Under the pieces are notes generated by a model that saw nothing but the letters and a program-made list of their open reading frames with translations, was not told where the DNA came from and searched no databases. A DNA stretch of 64,000 nucleotides from an uncultured Anaerolineaceae bacterium (GTDB taxonomy: Bacteria; Chloroflexota; Anaerolineae; JAAYZQ01). The position numbers and the translations under genes were made by a program. Shown in pieces: positions 47,600 through 57,530 of this stretch. The stretch covers positions 9,849 through 73,848 of the forward strand of contig CAZQKE010000135.1 of assembly GCA_964593865.1 (NCBI GenBank), given 5' to 3'. Each line of letters starts with the position of its first letter. The first letter of the stretch is position 1.

Positions 47600-48409
47600 A
47601 TGAATATCGTTCAAGCCGTCATCCTCGGCCTTTTGCAAGGGGCCACCGAGTTCATCCCCGTTTCCAGTTCCGGCCATCTGGTCCTGGTTCCCTGGCTGCT
47701 GGGCTGGGACGAGCCGGGCCTGGTGTTTGACACGGTTGTCCACTGGGGCACGCTGGTTGCCGTGGTCGCCTACTTCCGGCACGATTGGCCGACCCTCATC
47801 GGCGCGTGGCTACGGGGATCGGTCCGCCGGGAGTGGGATGACCCCGACGCCCGGCTAATGTGGCTGCTTATCGTGGGTAGCCTGCCGGCGGCGATCATCG
47901 GCTTTTTGCTGGAGGATTTTTTTGAATCGCTATTCGGCCGGCCGCTCTGGGTGAGCGTCTTTTTGCTGGTCACGGCGGCACTGCTGGCCCTCAGTGAGCG
48001 GTTAGGCCACCGGACACGGGCGATGGAGGACCTGAACCGGACCGACGCGGTCATCATCGGGCTGGGGCAAGCAGCGGCCATCGCGCCGGGTATCTCCCGC
48101 TCCGGTTCGACCCTGGCCGCCGGATTGCTCCGCGGCCTGGAGCGGGCGGCAGCAGCCCGGTTCAGCTTCTTGCTGAGCACGCCCATCATCTTGGGCGCGG
48201 GCCTCTTCAAAATGCTGGACCTCTTGGACACCCCCGACCCACTGGCCCAAGCCCCCATGCTGTTGGCGGGCTTTCTGGCAGCGGCGGTCGGCGGTTACCT
48301 CTGCATCCGTTTCCTGTTGCGCTATTTGCAGCGGGGAAGACTGTACCCCTTTGCCCTCTACTGCGCCGCCTTCGGTTCCTTCTGTCTGCTCGTAGCGATA
48401 GCGCGTTGA
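47600..48409 (+). CDS. uppP: Undecaprenyl-diphosphate phosphatase
   Basis: QGATEFIPVSSSGHL, PGISRSGST, AARFSFLLS. Confidence 0.96.
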   Translation: MNIVQAVILGLLQGATEFIPVSSSGHLVLVPWLLGWDEPGLVFDTVVHWGTLVAVVAYFRHDWPTLIGAWLRGSVRREWDDPDARLMWLLIVGSLPAAIIGFLLEDFFESLFGRPLWVSVFLLVTAALLALSERLGHRTRAMEDLNRTDAVIIGLGQAAAIAPGISRSGSTLAAGLLRGLERAAAARFSFLLSTPIILGAGLFKMLDLLDTPDPLAQAPMLLAGFLAAAVGGYLCIRFLLRYLQRGRLYPFALYCAAFGSFCLLVAIAR

Positions 48410-48915
48410 GCAACCATCACAACTACCGCCCCCTAGGACCGATCCAACACAGACTTCAGGTCGTCATAGGTCTGCAGCCAGGTCTGCGGCACAACGCGCA
48501 TATCACCGATGACGGGCATAAAATTGGTATCACCTATCCAGCGGGGCACGGCGTGAAGGTGCACATGCTCCTCAATCCCGGCCCCCGCCGCTTGGCCCAA
48601 ATTGGCCCCGATGTTGAACCCCTGGGGATGCATGACCTCCCGCAATGCGGCCAGCCCCCGCTGGAGCATCAACATCATCTCCGTCAGCGTCGGCGCATCC
48701 AAATCCTCCAGGCTCGGCACATGCACGTAGGGCACAACCATAAAATGGCCGTTGTTGTACGGAAAGCGATTGAGGATGAGGAACACCCGCTCCCCCCGTA
48801 AAAGAACCAGGTTCTCCCGGTCCTGATCGCTGGCCGCAGCATGACAAAACACGCAACCTTCCACTTTGGGCGCGGTCAAGTACTCCAACCGCCAAGGCGA
48901 CCACAGGTGCTTCAT
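48406..48915 (-). CDS. HIT-family hydrolase (Ap4A hydrolase-like)
   Basis: LWSPWR, GCVFC, LNRFPYNNGH, GFNIGANLG.AAGAG..HVHLHAVPRW. Confidence 0.93.
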
Positions 48916-48949
48916 CGCTTCTCTCCCGATCAGTTTTTATGTCTTCTCA

Positions 48950-48978
48950 ATTATAGCACAAGCACCCACCCAGGTCAA
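48950..48978 (-). promoter_or_regulatory. Promoter for the HIT gene
   Basis: Minus strand TTGACC (48978-48973), 17 bp, TG-extended TATAAT (48955-48950). Confidence 0.75.
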
Positions 48979-49047
48979 CGCCCGGCGCGCCAACCCAGAG
49001 CAGGTGCATCACCGTTCCCACTGCCGGTCCCGATGGCATGTGCCCCC

Positions 49048-50190
49048 TCAACGCCGTTCGTGTCCTGCGGCGCGGTAGACCGCCAGCAACCGCCGTGCTG
49101 CATCCTCCCAGCGGAACTTGGCCGCCTGCTCCCGCCCGGCGGCAATCAGACGCGCCCGCAACTCCGCATCGCCCAAAATCCGCTCCAACGCCTCAGCTAC
49201 GGCCTCGGCATCGGCAGCATCCACCAGCAGCCCCGCCTCCCCCACCACCTCCGGCAGAGATGAGTTGTCGGCGGCGACGACGGGTGTACCGCAAGCCATC
49301 GCCTCCAGCACGGGCAGGCCGAACCCTTCGTACCACGAAGGGAACGCAAAAACCCGGGCCAGGGTGTAAAGGGCCGGCAGGTCGGCATCGTCCACAAAGC
49401 CGGGGAAATGCACCCGGCCCACCAGATCGGGCTGCTCGGCCAGGGCCAGGGTGTCCTCAAACATCCAGCCCCGCCCCCCGGCGATGACCAGATGCAGGTC
49501 GGCTGCGGGTAGCCGACGAAATGCTTCCATGAGGGTTGCAAAGTTCTTGCGCGGCTGGAGCGTGCCCAGCCCCAAAACAAACCGTTCCGGTAGGGCATAG
49601 CGCGCGCGGACGCGGGCCAACTCCCGGCCATCTTCCACAGGGCGAAAGCGGCCCTCCACTCCCGGATAGAGAACACTCACCCGCTCCGGTTCAACGGACA
49701 AGAGGGCAATGAGATCGCGGCGGGTGCTTTGCGAATCGGCCAGAATGTGTCGCGCCCGTTTCACGGCGCGGGAGACGGCCCCCTCCAGGTAGGCGCGAAA
49801 GCCGGGGACAAAGAATTGGGGAAAGCGCAAGAAGGAAAGATCGTGGACGGTCAACACCGCCGGAGCACGGCCCGTCGGCGGCAACACAAAATCGGGCGAA
49901 TGAAAGAGATCCAGCGGCCCGGTGACAACCTGGACCGGGACCGGCAACCGCAACCGCTGCCAAAAGATGTGCATCCAGCGGTCCGAAAAGGGCAAGGAAC
50001 GGAGCCGGAAATTCTCCGGCCACGGCCCTAAACCGTCGTCGCCCCGCCCGGCGGTAAACAGGGTATAGCGATTTTCCCGGTCCAACGCCGCCAGGGCACG
50101 GATCAGGTTGCGGGTGTAACGGCCGATACCGCCCCCTTGCCGCACCGCCGCCGTGTAATCAATCCCGATCCTCAAAACGCGCTCCTCCAC
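49048..50190 (-). CDS. GT4 glycosyltransferase
   Basis: [37 protein letters not shown]. Confidence 0.95.
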   Translation of the reverse strand: MEERVLRIGIDYTAAVRQGGGIGRYTRNLIRALAALDRENRYTLFTAGRGDDGLGPWPENFRLRSLPFSDRWMHIFWQRLRLPVPVQVVTGPLDLFHSPDFVLPPTGRAPAVLTVHDLSFLRFPQFFVPGFRAYLEGAVSRAVKRARHILADSQSTRRDLIALLSVEPERVSVLYPGVEGRFRPVEDGRELARVRARYALPERFVLGLGTLQPRKNFATLMEAFRRLPAADLHLVIAGGRGWMFEDTLALAEQPDLVGRVHFPGFVDDADLPALYTLARVFAFPSWYEGFGLPVLEAMACGTPVVAADNSSLPEVVGEAGLLVDAADAEAVAEALERILGDAELRARLIAAGREQAAKFRWEDAARRLLAVYRAAGHERR

Positions 50191-50196
50191 AACCCC

Positions 50197-50754
50197 CTAT
50201 TCAATCCCGCGATAGGTCCAGATACGGTTGACGCCGAAATTCCAAAACAGGACAACGCCGATGGCAAAGGCTTTGGCCAGGTTGTAGCTCAACCGCTCGC
50301 CGACGAAATGTTGGAAAACGAACCGGTCCATGATGACCAAGATCACCGTGTTGATGATCAACCCCAACACGTTGACGGTGGCAAACTGGGCCAACTGGCT
50401 ACCGATCGGTCGCTCCCGCGATTCGGGAAAGGTCCACAAACGATTCCAGGTGAAATTACTCAGAACCGCCGTACTGAACGAGATGATATTGGCCGCCACA
50501 AGCTGCACCTGATGCGGCGGCCAAGCCACCCCCCAGCCGACGCCCAAACCCAGCCCTTCAAAGACCACTTTCATCACGTTCAGCACAACGAAATCCACCA
50601 CCGCGCCGATGGCGCCGACGATGGCAAATTTGACGAACCGTTCCAGCTCTTTGGGATTGGACAGAAGCTTGGTCCAAAGAGGCCCCAACAGCGGCAGGTT
50701 CCCGATCCAACCCGACCAACGACTCTTTTCTATGACTGCGACGATGCGAAACAA
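50197..50754 (-). CDS. GtrA-family membrane protein
   Basis: RFVKFAIVGAIGAVVDF, SNFTWNRLWTF, FWNFGVNRIWTY. Confidence 0.9.
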   Translation of the reverse strand: MFRIVAVIEKSRWSGWIGNLPLLGPLWTKLLSNPKELERFVKFAIVGAIGAVVDFVVLNVMKVVFEGLGLGVGWGVAWPPHQVQLVAANIISFSTAVLSNFTWNRLWTFPESRERPIGSQLAQFATVNVLGLIINTVILVIMDRFVFQHFVGERLSYNLAKAFAIGVVLFWNFGVNRIWTYRGIE

Positions 50755-50798
50755 ATCTTTGACCTCCTCATTTGTCCGCCGCTACGGCTGCGGCCCGG

Positions 50799-52265
50799 CT
50801 AGGGCAATCTGCGAGGCAGCATTCCCAGCAGGATCGCCAAATGCAAGTACATGCTATGGACATACAGATTGTCAAAGATGCTGTGGACACTCAGGTGAAC
50901 CAGCACTCCCAGCACACCCAGGGCAAGCCCCCACTCCCAACCAGACGCCCGCCTTGCTGCCCGCCAGGCCAATAGCAAGGCCGCCCCCCACAAAAGAAGA
51001 TAGGCCCCCAGCCCCAGCAGGCCCGCTTCGGCGGCGACGTTGAGGTAATAGTTGTGGGCGTGGCCCAGGGCGTGCGGCCACAAGGGGAGGGCATAGTCGC
51101 CGTAGACCGCCTCATAGTTGCCGATGCCCACCCCCAACCAGGGATGATCGGTCCACATGGCCAGGGCCGATTGCCAATGGGCCATCCGTTCCAGAACGGC
51201 GAAATTGGCGTCGGTCACTTCTACGCCGCGCACGTCGGCCAGGCCCAGGTAGGGCGTAAAATCGCCGAACCGTTGGACGATGGCCGGTGGGATCAGGGAG
51301 ATGCCCCCCGCAAACAACAGATAGGCCGCCAACAAGACCAGCACCGCAATCAGGACCGCCCCCCGCCCGCTGCGGACCACCACGGCCAGAAGCATCACGC
51401 CGACCGCCGCCGCCAAGCCCAGCCATGCCCCCCGCGACCAGGACATGACCAGGGCCAAGAGCATCGGCCCGCCGCAGCCCACCGCCCACAGCAGCCAGCC
51501 CCACACCCCGACCTCGTGTGCTCCCCGAGTCTTCGCGGCGGAATCCCGGCGACGCCCGGCAGCGAGCTGCACCACCGACGCCACAAGGAAGCCCAGGGCC
51601 AGGGGCAAAGTCAGCCCCAGATACCCGGCGTAGGGGTTGGGTTGCTCAAAGGTGCCGTAAGCCCGCATGAAACGGCCAAAGAGGACAAACTCCTCCGGGC
51701 CGACCTGAAAGAGGAACTGGTAGATGCCGTGCAGGGCGGCCAACGCCCCCGTCCCCAGCATGACGAACACCACCGCCCGCCGCAGGCGTCCGGTGGTGGT
51801 CAGGTTGAAGGCCATGACGTAGAGGGCCAGCGTTTCGCTCCATTTGATGATCTCTTTGAGGCTGGCCCGCAGGGAGACGGCCCCCAACGACGACAGCAGG
51901 ATGACGCCCCAAAAGAACAGCAGGGGCAGCGTCAGCGGCGGCCAGGCGATGCGCACCTTGCGGCGGGCAACCATGCCCATCAGCCAGGCGGCCAGCACCA
52001 GGGCCACCAGCACCTCCGTCACGCCGACGTTCATCCCGCCGACCCGCACCTGACGCACCGCGCCAAAGGGAACGGCAGGCACGAGGAGCAGCAGGCCGAC
52101 CTGGGGGCGGATCAATGTGGCAACCAAGACAATGCCCCCCAAGACCAGCAGCACAGCCCAGGTCAGGGGCAGAAGGGCAACGGCAAGCCCTACCAACAGG
52201 ATTGCCGGACCGACGACCCAGTTCGCGGAAAGGAAACGCGGCGGGAAAGGAAACGAATCCGTCAT
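50799..52265 (-). CDS. O-antigen ligase-family protein
   Basis: RAYGTFEQPNPY, SWSRGAW, ER.AHW, PWLGVGIGN, HAHN..L..AAE.G..G. Confidence 0.92.
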   Translation of the reverse strand: MTDSFPFPPRFLSANWVVGPAILLVGLAVALLPLTWAVLLVLGGIVLVATLIRPQVGLLLLVPAVPFGAVRQVRVGGMNVGVTEVLVALVLAAWLMGMVARRKVRIAWPPLTLPLLFFWGVILLSSLGAVSLRASLKEIIKWSETLALYVMAFNLTTTGRLRRAVVFVMLGTGALAALHGIYQFLFQVGPEEFVLFGRFMRAYGTFEQPNPYAGYLGLTLPLALGFLVASVVQLAAGRRRDSAAKTRGAHEVGVWGWLLWAVGCGGPMLLALVMSWSRGAWLGLAAAVGVMLLAVVVRSGRGAVLIAVLVLLAAYLLFAGGISLIPPAIVQRFGDFTPYLGLADVRGVEVTDANFAVLERMAHWQSALAMWTDHPWLGVGIGNYEAVYGDYALPLWPHALGHAHNYYLNVAAEAGLLGLGAYLLLWGAALLLAWRAARRASGWEWGLALGVLGVLVHLSVHSIFDNLYVHSMYLHLAILLGMLPRRLP

Positions 52266-52281
52266 CGGAAACAGACCATTG

Positions 52282-53226
52282 TCAGAAAAGCTGCTCCCGG
52301 AACCATTCTACCGTCCGGCTTAATCCTTCTTCCAGAGAGACCCGGGGTTCCCAGCCCAGTACCTTCCGCGCCTTGCTGATATCCGGCTGGCGGACCATGG
52401 GGTCGTCCTGGGTGCGTTCATCACGGGGCCGGACGAACACGATCTCTGATTTGCTACCGGTCACTTCCAGCACCTTGTGGGCAAACTCCAAGATCGTCAT
52501 TTCGCGGGGGTTGCCCAGATTTACCGGATAGACCTCGCTGGACCACAAAAGGCGCACCATGCCCTCCACCAAGTCGGAGACGTAGCAGAAGCTACGCGTC
52601 CGCGAACCGTCATCGTATACCGTCAACGGCTCGCCCAAAAGGGCCTGGCGGATGAAATTAGGCACCACCCGTCCGTCATCCAACCTCATGCGCGGGCCGT
52701 AGGTATTGAAAATGCGCACGATGCGCGTCTCCACGCCGTGGTAACGATGATAAGCCATGGTCAACGCTTCGGCAAACCGCTTGGATTCGTCATAGACGCC
52801 CCGTGGCCCCACCGGATTGACGTTGCCCCAATAGTCCTCCGGCTGGGGATGTACTTTGGGATCGCCGTACACTTCTGACGTTGAGGCCAGCAAAAAGCGT
52901 GCACCCTTTTCCTTCGCCAGCCCCAGGGCCTTGTGCGTACCCAACGCCCCCACTTTGAGGGTTTGGATGGGGAAATTCAAATAATCCACCGGGCTGGGTA
53001 GGGAAGCCAAATGCAACACCGCATCCAGCGGCCCGGCGATGAAAATGTATTCGGTCACATCGTACCGGATGAAATGAAACCTCTCATGCCCGGCCAAGTG
53101 GGCAATGTTGTCGGTCGAGCCGGTGCTGAGGTTATCCATCGCGATCACTTCGTGGCCTTGCTCCAACAGATAATCGCAAAGATGGGAACCGATAAACCCC
53201 GCCCCTCCGGTAATCAAAATACGCAT
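52282..53226 (-). CDS. UDP-glucuronate decarboxylase-like SDR (UXS family)
   Basis: [50 protein letters not shown]. Confidence 0.93.
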   Translation of the reverse strand: MRILITGGAGFIGSHLCDYLLEQGHEVIAMDNLSTGSTDNIAHLAGHERFHFIRYDVTEYIFIAGPLDAVLHLASLPSPVDYLNFPIQTLKVGALGTHKALGLAKEKGARFLLASTSEVYGDPKVHPQPEDYWGNVNPVGPRGVYDESKRFAEALTMAYHRYHGVETRIVRIFNTYGPRMRLDDGRVVPNFIRQALLGEPLTVYDDGSRTRSFCYVSDLVEGMVRLLWSSEVYPVNLGNPREMTILEFAHKVLEVTGSKSEIVFVRPRDERTQDDPMVRQPDISKARKVLGWEPRVSLEEGLSRTVEWFREQLF

Positions 53227-53265
53227 TGCTCCTCCTCACACGTGTCGCCAATATTCTCCGCTTTG

Positions 53266-53294
53266 ATTGTAAGGGGAAACCCCCTTGCTGTCAA
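53266..53294 (-). promoter_or_regulatory. Promoter of the UXS-ligase-GtrA-GT4 operon, with inverted repeat in the spacer
   Basis: Minus strand TTGACA (53294-53289), 17 bp, TACAAT (53271-53266); AAGGGG-AAAC-CCCCTT at 53271-53286. Confidence 0.75.
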
Positions 53295-53469
53295 TTTCAC
53301 CGGGGCAACGCGAATCCACCGGCAATCGGCCCTCCGGGATGACGACCTGCTCCGCACCGCAAAGGCAGCGTTCACCGAGAACGGCCGACCGCGCACCGTT
53401 CCCCTGCGCTCCCCGGCATCGCCGCATGGGATCGGTGCCGGGAACGACAAATCTTACTTTGCCGGATCC

Positions 53470-53498
53470 TTGACAAGCCCCTTGTTCCATGCTACTAT
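53470..53498 (+). promoter_or_regulatory. Promoter for the 53518 membrane protein
   Basis: TTGACA (53470-53475), 17 bp, TG-extended TACTAT (53493-53498); GGAGGTG SD downstream. Confidence 0.75.
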
Positions 53499-53517
53499 CC
53501 CCCGCCGGGAGGTGAAC

Positions 53518-54888
53518 ATGCAGAGACTAGCAAAACTCGTGGACCGTTTCTTCGGCTCTCTGCCGGGTCTGCTCCTCGTCGTCGTAGCTTGGGATGCCTT
53601 TATCATCGCCAGCTTGTCCATGTTCTCCGGCCCGGTCCGGGGGCTGGGTCTGGCCGACCTGCTGGGTATAGACTTGAGCGACGCCAACCGCGTGGGCCGC
53701 ATCATCATGCTCTACCACTCCCTGGCCATCCCCTTTATCGCCGCCCTGGTCTATCTGGTCCTTGACCGGCTCCCCTTTGGCTCCTCGCCGGAGGAGGAAA
53801 GGCGCATCCGCCGCTCCATCACCGCGCCGGTCACCATCGGCTACATGCTGACCAGCATCGGCGGCATGACCTTTGCTTACGCAGGGCGCAATTGGGTGAT
53901 GCACGGCCTATTCCTGATCGGACTCTCGCTGGTGTTCTACGCCGGGGCGCTGCTGACCGTGGCCCTTTGGCCCTCGCGCCGTTGGGCCACCGATCCGGCC
54001 CAGGAATCGCACCTGGCCGACGTCCCCCTGGAGCGGGTAGCCTTTTTCCTCACCGCCCTTTTTACCCTCATCTCTGCGGCCATCGGCGGCGCGGCAGGGG
54101 CCTTTTTCGGCAACGGCTTTGTGGCCTTTTTGGCCGAAGACATCGTCCGGCACGATGTCCACACCCTGTTTGAGCTGATGATCATCGCCCACCTGCACAT
54201 TATGTTGACTCTAATTGACGTGATGATCCTGCTCCTCGTCATCCGCACCTACCGCGTCCGGGGCCTCGTCCACAAAATCGTCGTACCGTTGACCATCCTC
54301 GGCACAATTGTCATCAGCTGGGCCACCTGGTCGGTCATGTTCTGGGAAGGGGCGCACAAGGTCATCAACATCGGGTCATCCCTCCTGCTGCCGGGGGCGA
54401 TCATGGTGGCGATCTGGGGCTGGGCCAAGATGGCCCGCGAGGGCGGTTCCTGGCGGGCCATTCTGCGCGATCCGGTGCGCTTTGGCATCTTTTTTGAGCT
54501 GATTTTCGTCAACGTCGTCGTCACCGTGCCGGGGGTCTATACCGCCATCAACCTGGAAACCTTCCGCCAGGAAGCCTATCTGGCCGTGGAGCGCACCATC
54601 TTGGTCGGCCACTGGCACGTGCTGGCCACCCTGTCGGCGGTCATCGTCCTGTTCCTCATTGCCGACCGCCTGGGAACGCGGGGCCGGCTGCGCCAGGTCA
54701 TCGGCTGGGGGATGCTGGTCGGTTCCTCGCTGGCCTTTGTCTTTGTCAACCTCTACATGTTCCGCCTGCCCGGCCAGGAGAAAGCCTGGACGGAGCCGTT
54801 CTTTGAACTGGGGATCGCCCTGAGCCTGCTGGCCCTGGGCATTTTCGTCGTGGCCCTTTTGCTGGGCAAAGGCAGCAAAGAACCTTGA
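53518..54888 (+). CDS. 12-TM His-rich membrane protein with heme-copper-oxidase subunit I-like layout
   Basis: Real start ATG 53518 (the ORF-track N-extension is antisense to UXS); His in TM2 (YHS), TM6 (AHLH), TM10 (GHWH). Confidence 0.75.
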   Translation: MQRLAKLVDRFFGSLPGLLLVVVAWDAFIIASLSMFSGPVRGLGLADLLGIDLSDANRVGRIIMLYHSLAIPFIAALVYLVLDRLPFGSSPEEERRIRRSITAPVTIGYMLTSIGGMTFAYAGRNWVMHGLFLIGLSLVFYAGALLTVALWPSRRWATDPAQESHLADVPLERVAFFLTALFTLISAAIGGAAGAFFGNGFVAFLAEDIVRHDVHTLFELMIIAHLHIMLTLIDVMILLLVIRTYRVRGLVHKIVVPLTILGTIVISWATWSVMFWEGAHKVINIGSSLLLPGAIMVAIWGWAKMAREGGSWRAILRDPVRFGIFFELIFVNVVVTVPGVYTAINLETFRQEAYLAVERTILVGHWHVLATLSAVIVLFLIADRLGTRGRLRQVIGWGMLVGSSLAFVFVNLYMFRLPGQEKAWTEPFFELGIALSLLALGIFVVALLLGKGSKEP

Positions 54889-54895
54889 GAAGAGT

Positions 54896-55146
54896 CGCGG
54901 ATCGGCAGAGCCGCGGATCAACGGAAATTCGCGGATTTCGGTGCACGATGCCGTGTAGTCTGAGGCGAAGGGGCGCGGGTTTCGCTGCAACCTGCGTCTT
55001 GCCACAACCCGTGGTTCCGATCCCACCCGCGTCTTCCCACAAATCCCCGGTTCAACCTTGCCTATATTATGGCAACTTTCGCAGGCGAAATCCGCGTCCT
55101 TCCACAATCCGTGGTTCCAATCCCATCCGCGTCTTTGGTTTCAACC
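54896..55146. repeat. Intergenic block of heptamer repeats and a duplicated ~55-65 bp unit
   Basis: CGCGGAT at 54896, 54912, 54930; inverted ATCCG(C/T)G at 55090, 55107, 55125; 54992-55057 resembles 55092-55146. Confidence 0.7.
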
Positions 55147-55159
55147 GTTTGAGAGAACC

Positions 55160-57526
55160 ATGAAACAGTATTTCCCGGTGTTCGGCGCGTTGGCGGTCAT
55201 CACCCTGGCTTTGGGCCTGGCCCTGCACCCCCTGGCCGTGGACGACGCCTTCATCACCTACCGCTACGCCTATAACCTGGCGCACGGGCAGGGCTTTGTC
55301 TACAACCCCGGTCGCCCGGTGCTGAGCACCACCGCCCCTCTGTGGGCCTTGATCCTGGCGGCGGGGGCATGGTTGGGCGCGGACCTGCCCGCCCTGGCCA
55401 ACGCCCTCTCGGCGGTCGCCGTGGGCATGGCCGCCCTGTGCCTCTTTGCCCTGGGCCGCCGCGAAGGGACCCCCCGGCCGGGCGCATTGGCCGCCCTGTT
55501 CTACGCCCTCCATCCCCTCCTGTGGCTGACGCTGGGCCTGGAAACGGCGGCTTTCCTGGCCCTGGCCCTGGCCGCCGTCCTGGCCTACCGGAGCGGGCGG
55601 CTCTACCTGACCGCCGTGCTGCTGGCCCTGGCGACCCTCACCCGCGCCGACGGCCTGGTCCTGGCCGCCGTCCTGGTCGTTGATTTCTGCCGTGCGAACC
55701 TGCAACGTGCGCCCCTGCGGTTGAACCCCCAAGGCCCCAAGCGGGGGTTGGGCGCGGCGGCCCTCTATCTCGCCGTGATGCTGCCCTTGCTGGCCTGGCT
55801 GACCCGGCAGTTCGGCTCCCCTCTGCCCGCGACCCTCGCCGCCAAACGCGCCCAGGCCGCATTGGGCATCACCGGCTTTTACGCCCACACCACCTACCTG
55901 CAAGGGTTGGGCGTCCTGGGCCGCGCCCGCCTGGCCCAAACGCCCCTCTACTTCCTCATCCCGCCGACGCTGCTCCTGGGCCTGGTGGCCCTCCTGCGAC
56001 GCGGCGCAGCGGGGGCGAAGGGGCGCACAGCCTCCCCCGGCCGCACCTCTGCGGGAGGGTACGGCTGGGTATGGCTCCTCCTCGCTTGGGGGGCGGCCCA
56101 CCTGGTCGGCTATGCCATCCTCGGCGTGACGCCCTACTACTGGTACTATGCGCCGCTGCTGCCGGGGATCGTAGGGCTGTTGGCGGTGGGCGTGGGGACG
56201 TTGGGAACGGGAACCTGGGAGACGGGGAAAGCGGGGAGTTGGGTGCGAGTGGCCTGGACCGGGTTGTTGGTCGCCACCTTCCTCCGGTCCGATGGGATGA
56301 TGGTGCGGGCGTTGACGGGGCCGGTCCCGCCGCCGGAGGAGCCGCTCAGCAAGGCGTTGCCGGAGGCCAAAGGGGATATTTACGAGCGGGCGGGCCGCTG
56401 GCTGCGCGAGAACACGCCCGCCGGGGCATTGGTCGGCGTGACCGAGGTGGGCATCCTGGGCTACTACAGCCAACGGCCCATGGTGGATTTCCTGGGGCTG
56501 CTGGAACCGGATGTGGCCGAGGCGTTGGCGCGGGGGGACCTGGTCTGGGCATTGCTCCACTACCAGCCCGACTATCTGGTCCTGACCGCCCTTTCCCCCC
56601 TCTATGCCTATGACCTGCGGGCCGACCCCTGGTTCCAGGCGGCCTATGCCCCGGTCCAAACTTTTGACGACCCGCGCTTTTGGGGATCGCCCCTGACGGT
56701 CTACCGACGGCAAGGGGAGCGCATCCCGCTGCCGGAAGGGGAAGGGGGGGAACTGCCCGACGAGGCGATCCCCCTGGAGGCCGAATTCGGCGACCAGATC
56801 CGCCTGCTGGGGGCCGTGACCGGTGCGGAAACGGCCCAACCGGGCGACATCCTGCCCCTGACCCTCTATTGGCAGGCGGAGGGGCCGGTAGAAGGCGATT
56901 ACACCGTCTTTGTCCACCTGCTGGGCCGGTACGAACGGGTGATCGCCCAGCGCGACGCCCCGCCGGGCCTGGGCGCCCGCCCGACGAGCGGTTGGACGCC
57001 GGGCCGGTTGGTGGTGGACCCCTACCTGCTGACCTTGCCCCCGGCGGTCTACACCCCCGACGAGGCGGTCTGGGAAGTGGGCCTCTACGACGCGGAGACC
57101 GGCCAACGCCTACCCCTGGCCGACGGCAGCGACCGCGTGCGCTTTGGTGCAGTGACGATCCGACCCTCCGCCGAGCCGCTGCACCTGGACTTTGGTCCCG
57201 TGGCCCTAACCGGCTACGACGTGGACCGCCTGCTCCTGGCGCCCGGCGAGACGCTCCGTGTGACGCTGGATTGGGAGGGGACGGGACCGGCGGCGGTGGC
57301 CGTGCAGTTGGTGAGCGAGGAAGGGAAGGTCGTCGTCCGCGCCGAAAGCGATTCGCCCCGGCGGACCTTTGCGCTGCAACTGCTCTCCGGCGATCCCCCC
57401 GGCGCGTATGACCTGGAGGTGCAGGTCACCGACCCGGCCACGGGGGCGACGTTACCCCTTTTGGGGGCCGACGGCCAACCCCAGGGCGACCGGGCGCGGC
57501 TGACCAAGATTCGGTTGCTCCCCTAA
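55160..57526 (+). CDS. GT-C-fold membrane glycosyltransferase with C-terminal beta-sandwich domains
   Basis: VDDAFITYRYA..L..G.G..YN, LGLET, TRADG, YYWY..P; extracellular LTLYW...YTVFVHLL repeats; start ATG 55160. Confidence 0.85.
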   Translation: MKQYFPVFGALAVITLALGLALHPLAVDDAFITYRYAYNLAHGQGFVYNPGRPVLSTTAPLWALILAAGAWLGADLPALANALSAVAVGMAALCLFALGRREGTPRPGALAALFYALHPLLWLTLGLETAAFLALALAAVLAYRSGRLYLTAVLLALATLTRADGLVLAAVLVVDFCRANLQRAPLRLNPQGPKRGLGAAALYLAVMLPLLAWLTRQFGSPLPATLAAKRAQAALGITGFYAHTTYLQGLGVLGRARLAQTPLYFLIPPTLLLGLVALLRRGAAGAKGRTASPGRTSAGGYGWVWLLLAWGAAHLVGYAILGVTPYYWYYAPLLPGIVGLLAVGVGTLGTGTWETGKAGSWVRVAWTGLLVATFLRSDGMMVRALTGPVPPPEEPLSKALPEAKGDIYERAGRWLRENTPAGALVGVTEVGILGYYSQRPMVDFLGLLEPDVAEALARGDLVWALLHYQPDYLVLTALSPLYAYDLRADPWFQAAYAPVQTFDDPRFWGSPLTVYRRQGERIPLPEGEGGELPDEAIPLEAEFGDQIRLLGAVTGAETAQPGDILPLTLYWQAEGPVEGDYTVFVHLLGRYERVIAQRDAPPGLGARPTSGWTPGRLVVDPYLLTLPPAVYTPDEAVWEVGLYDAETGQRLPLADGSDRVRFGAVTIRPSAEPLHLDFGPVALTGYDVDRLLLAPGETLRVTLDWEGTGPAAVAVQLVSEEGKVVVRAESDSPRRTFALQLLSGDPPGAYDLEVQVTDPATGATLPLLGADGQPQGDRARLTKIRLLP

Positions 57527-57530
57527 CCGC

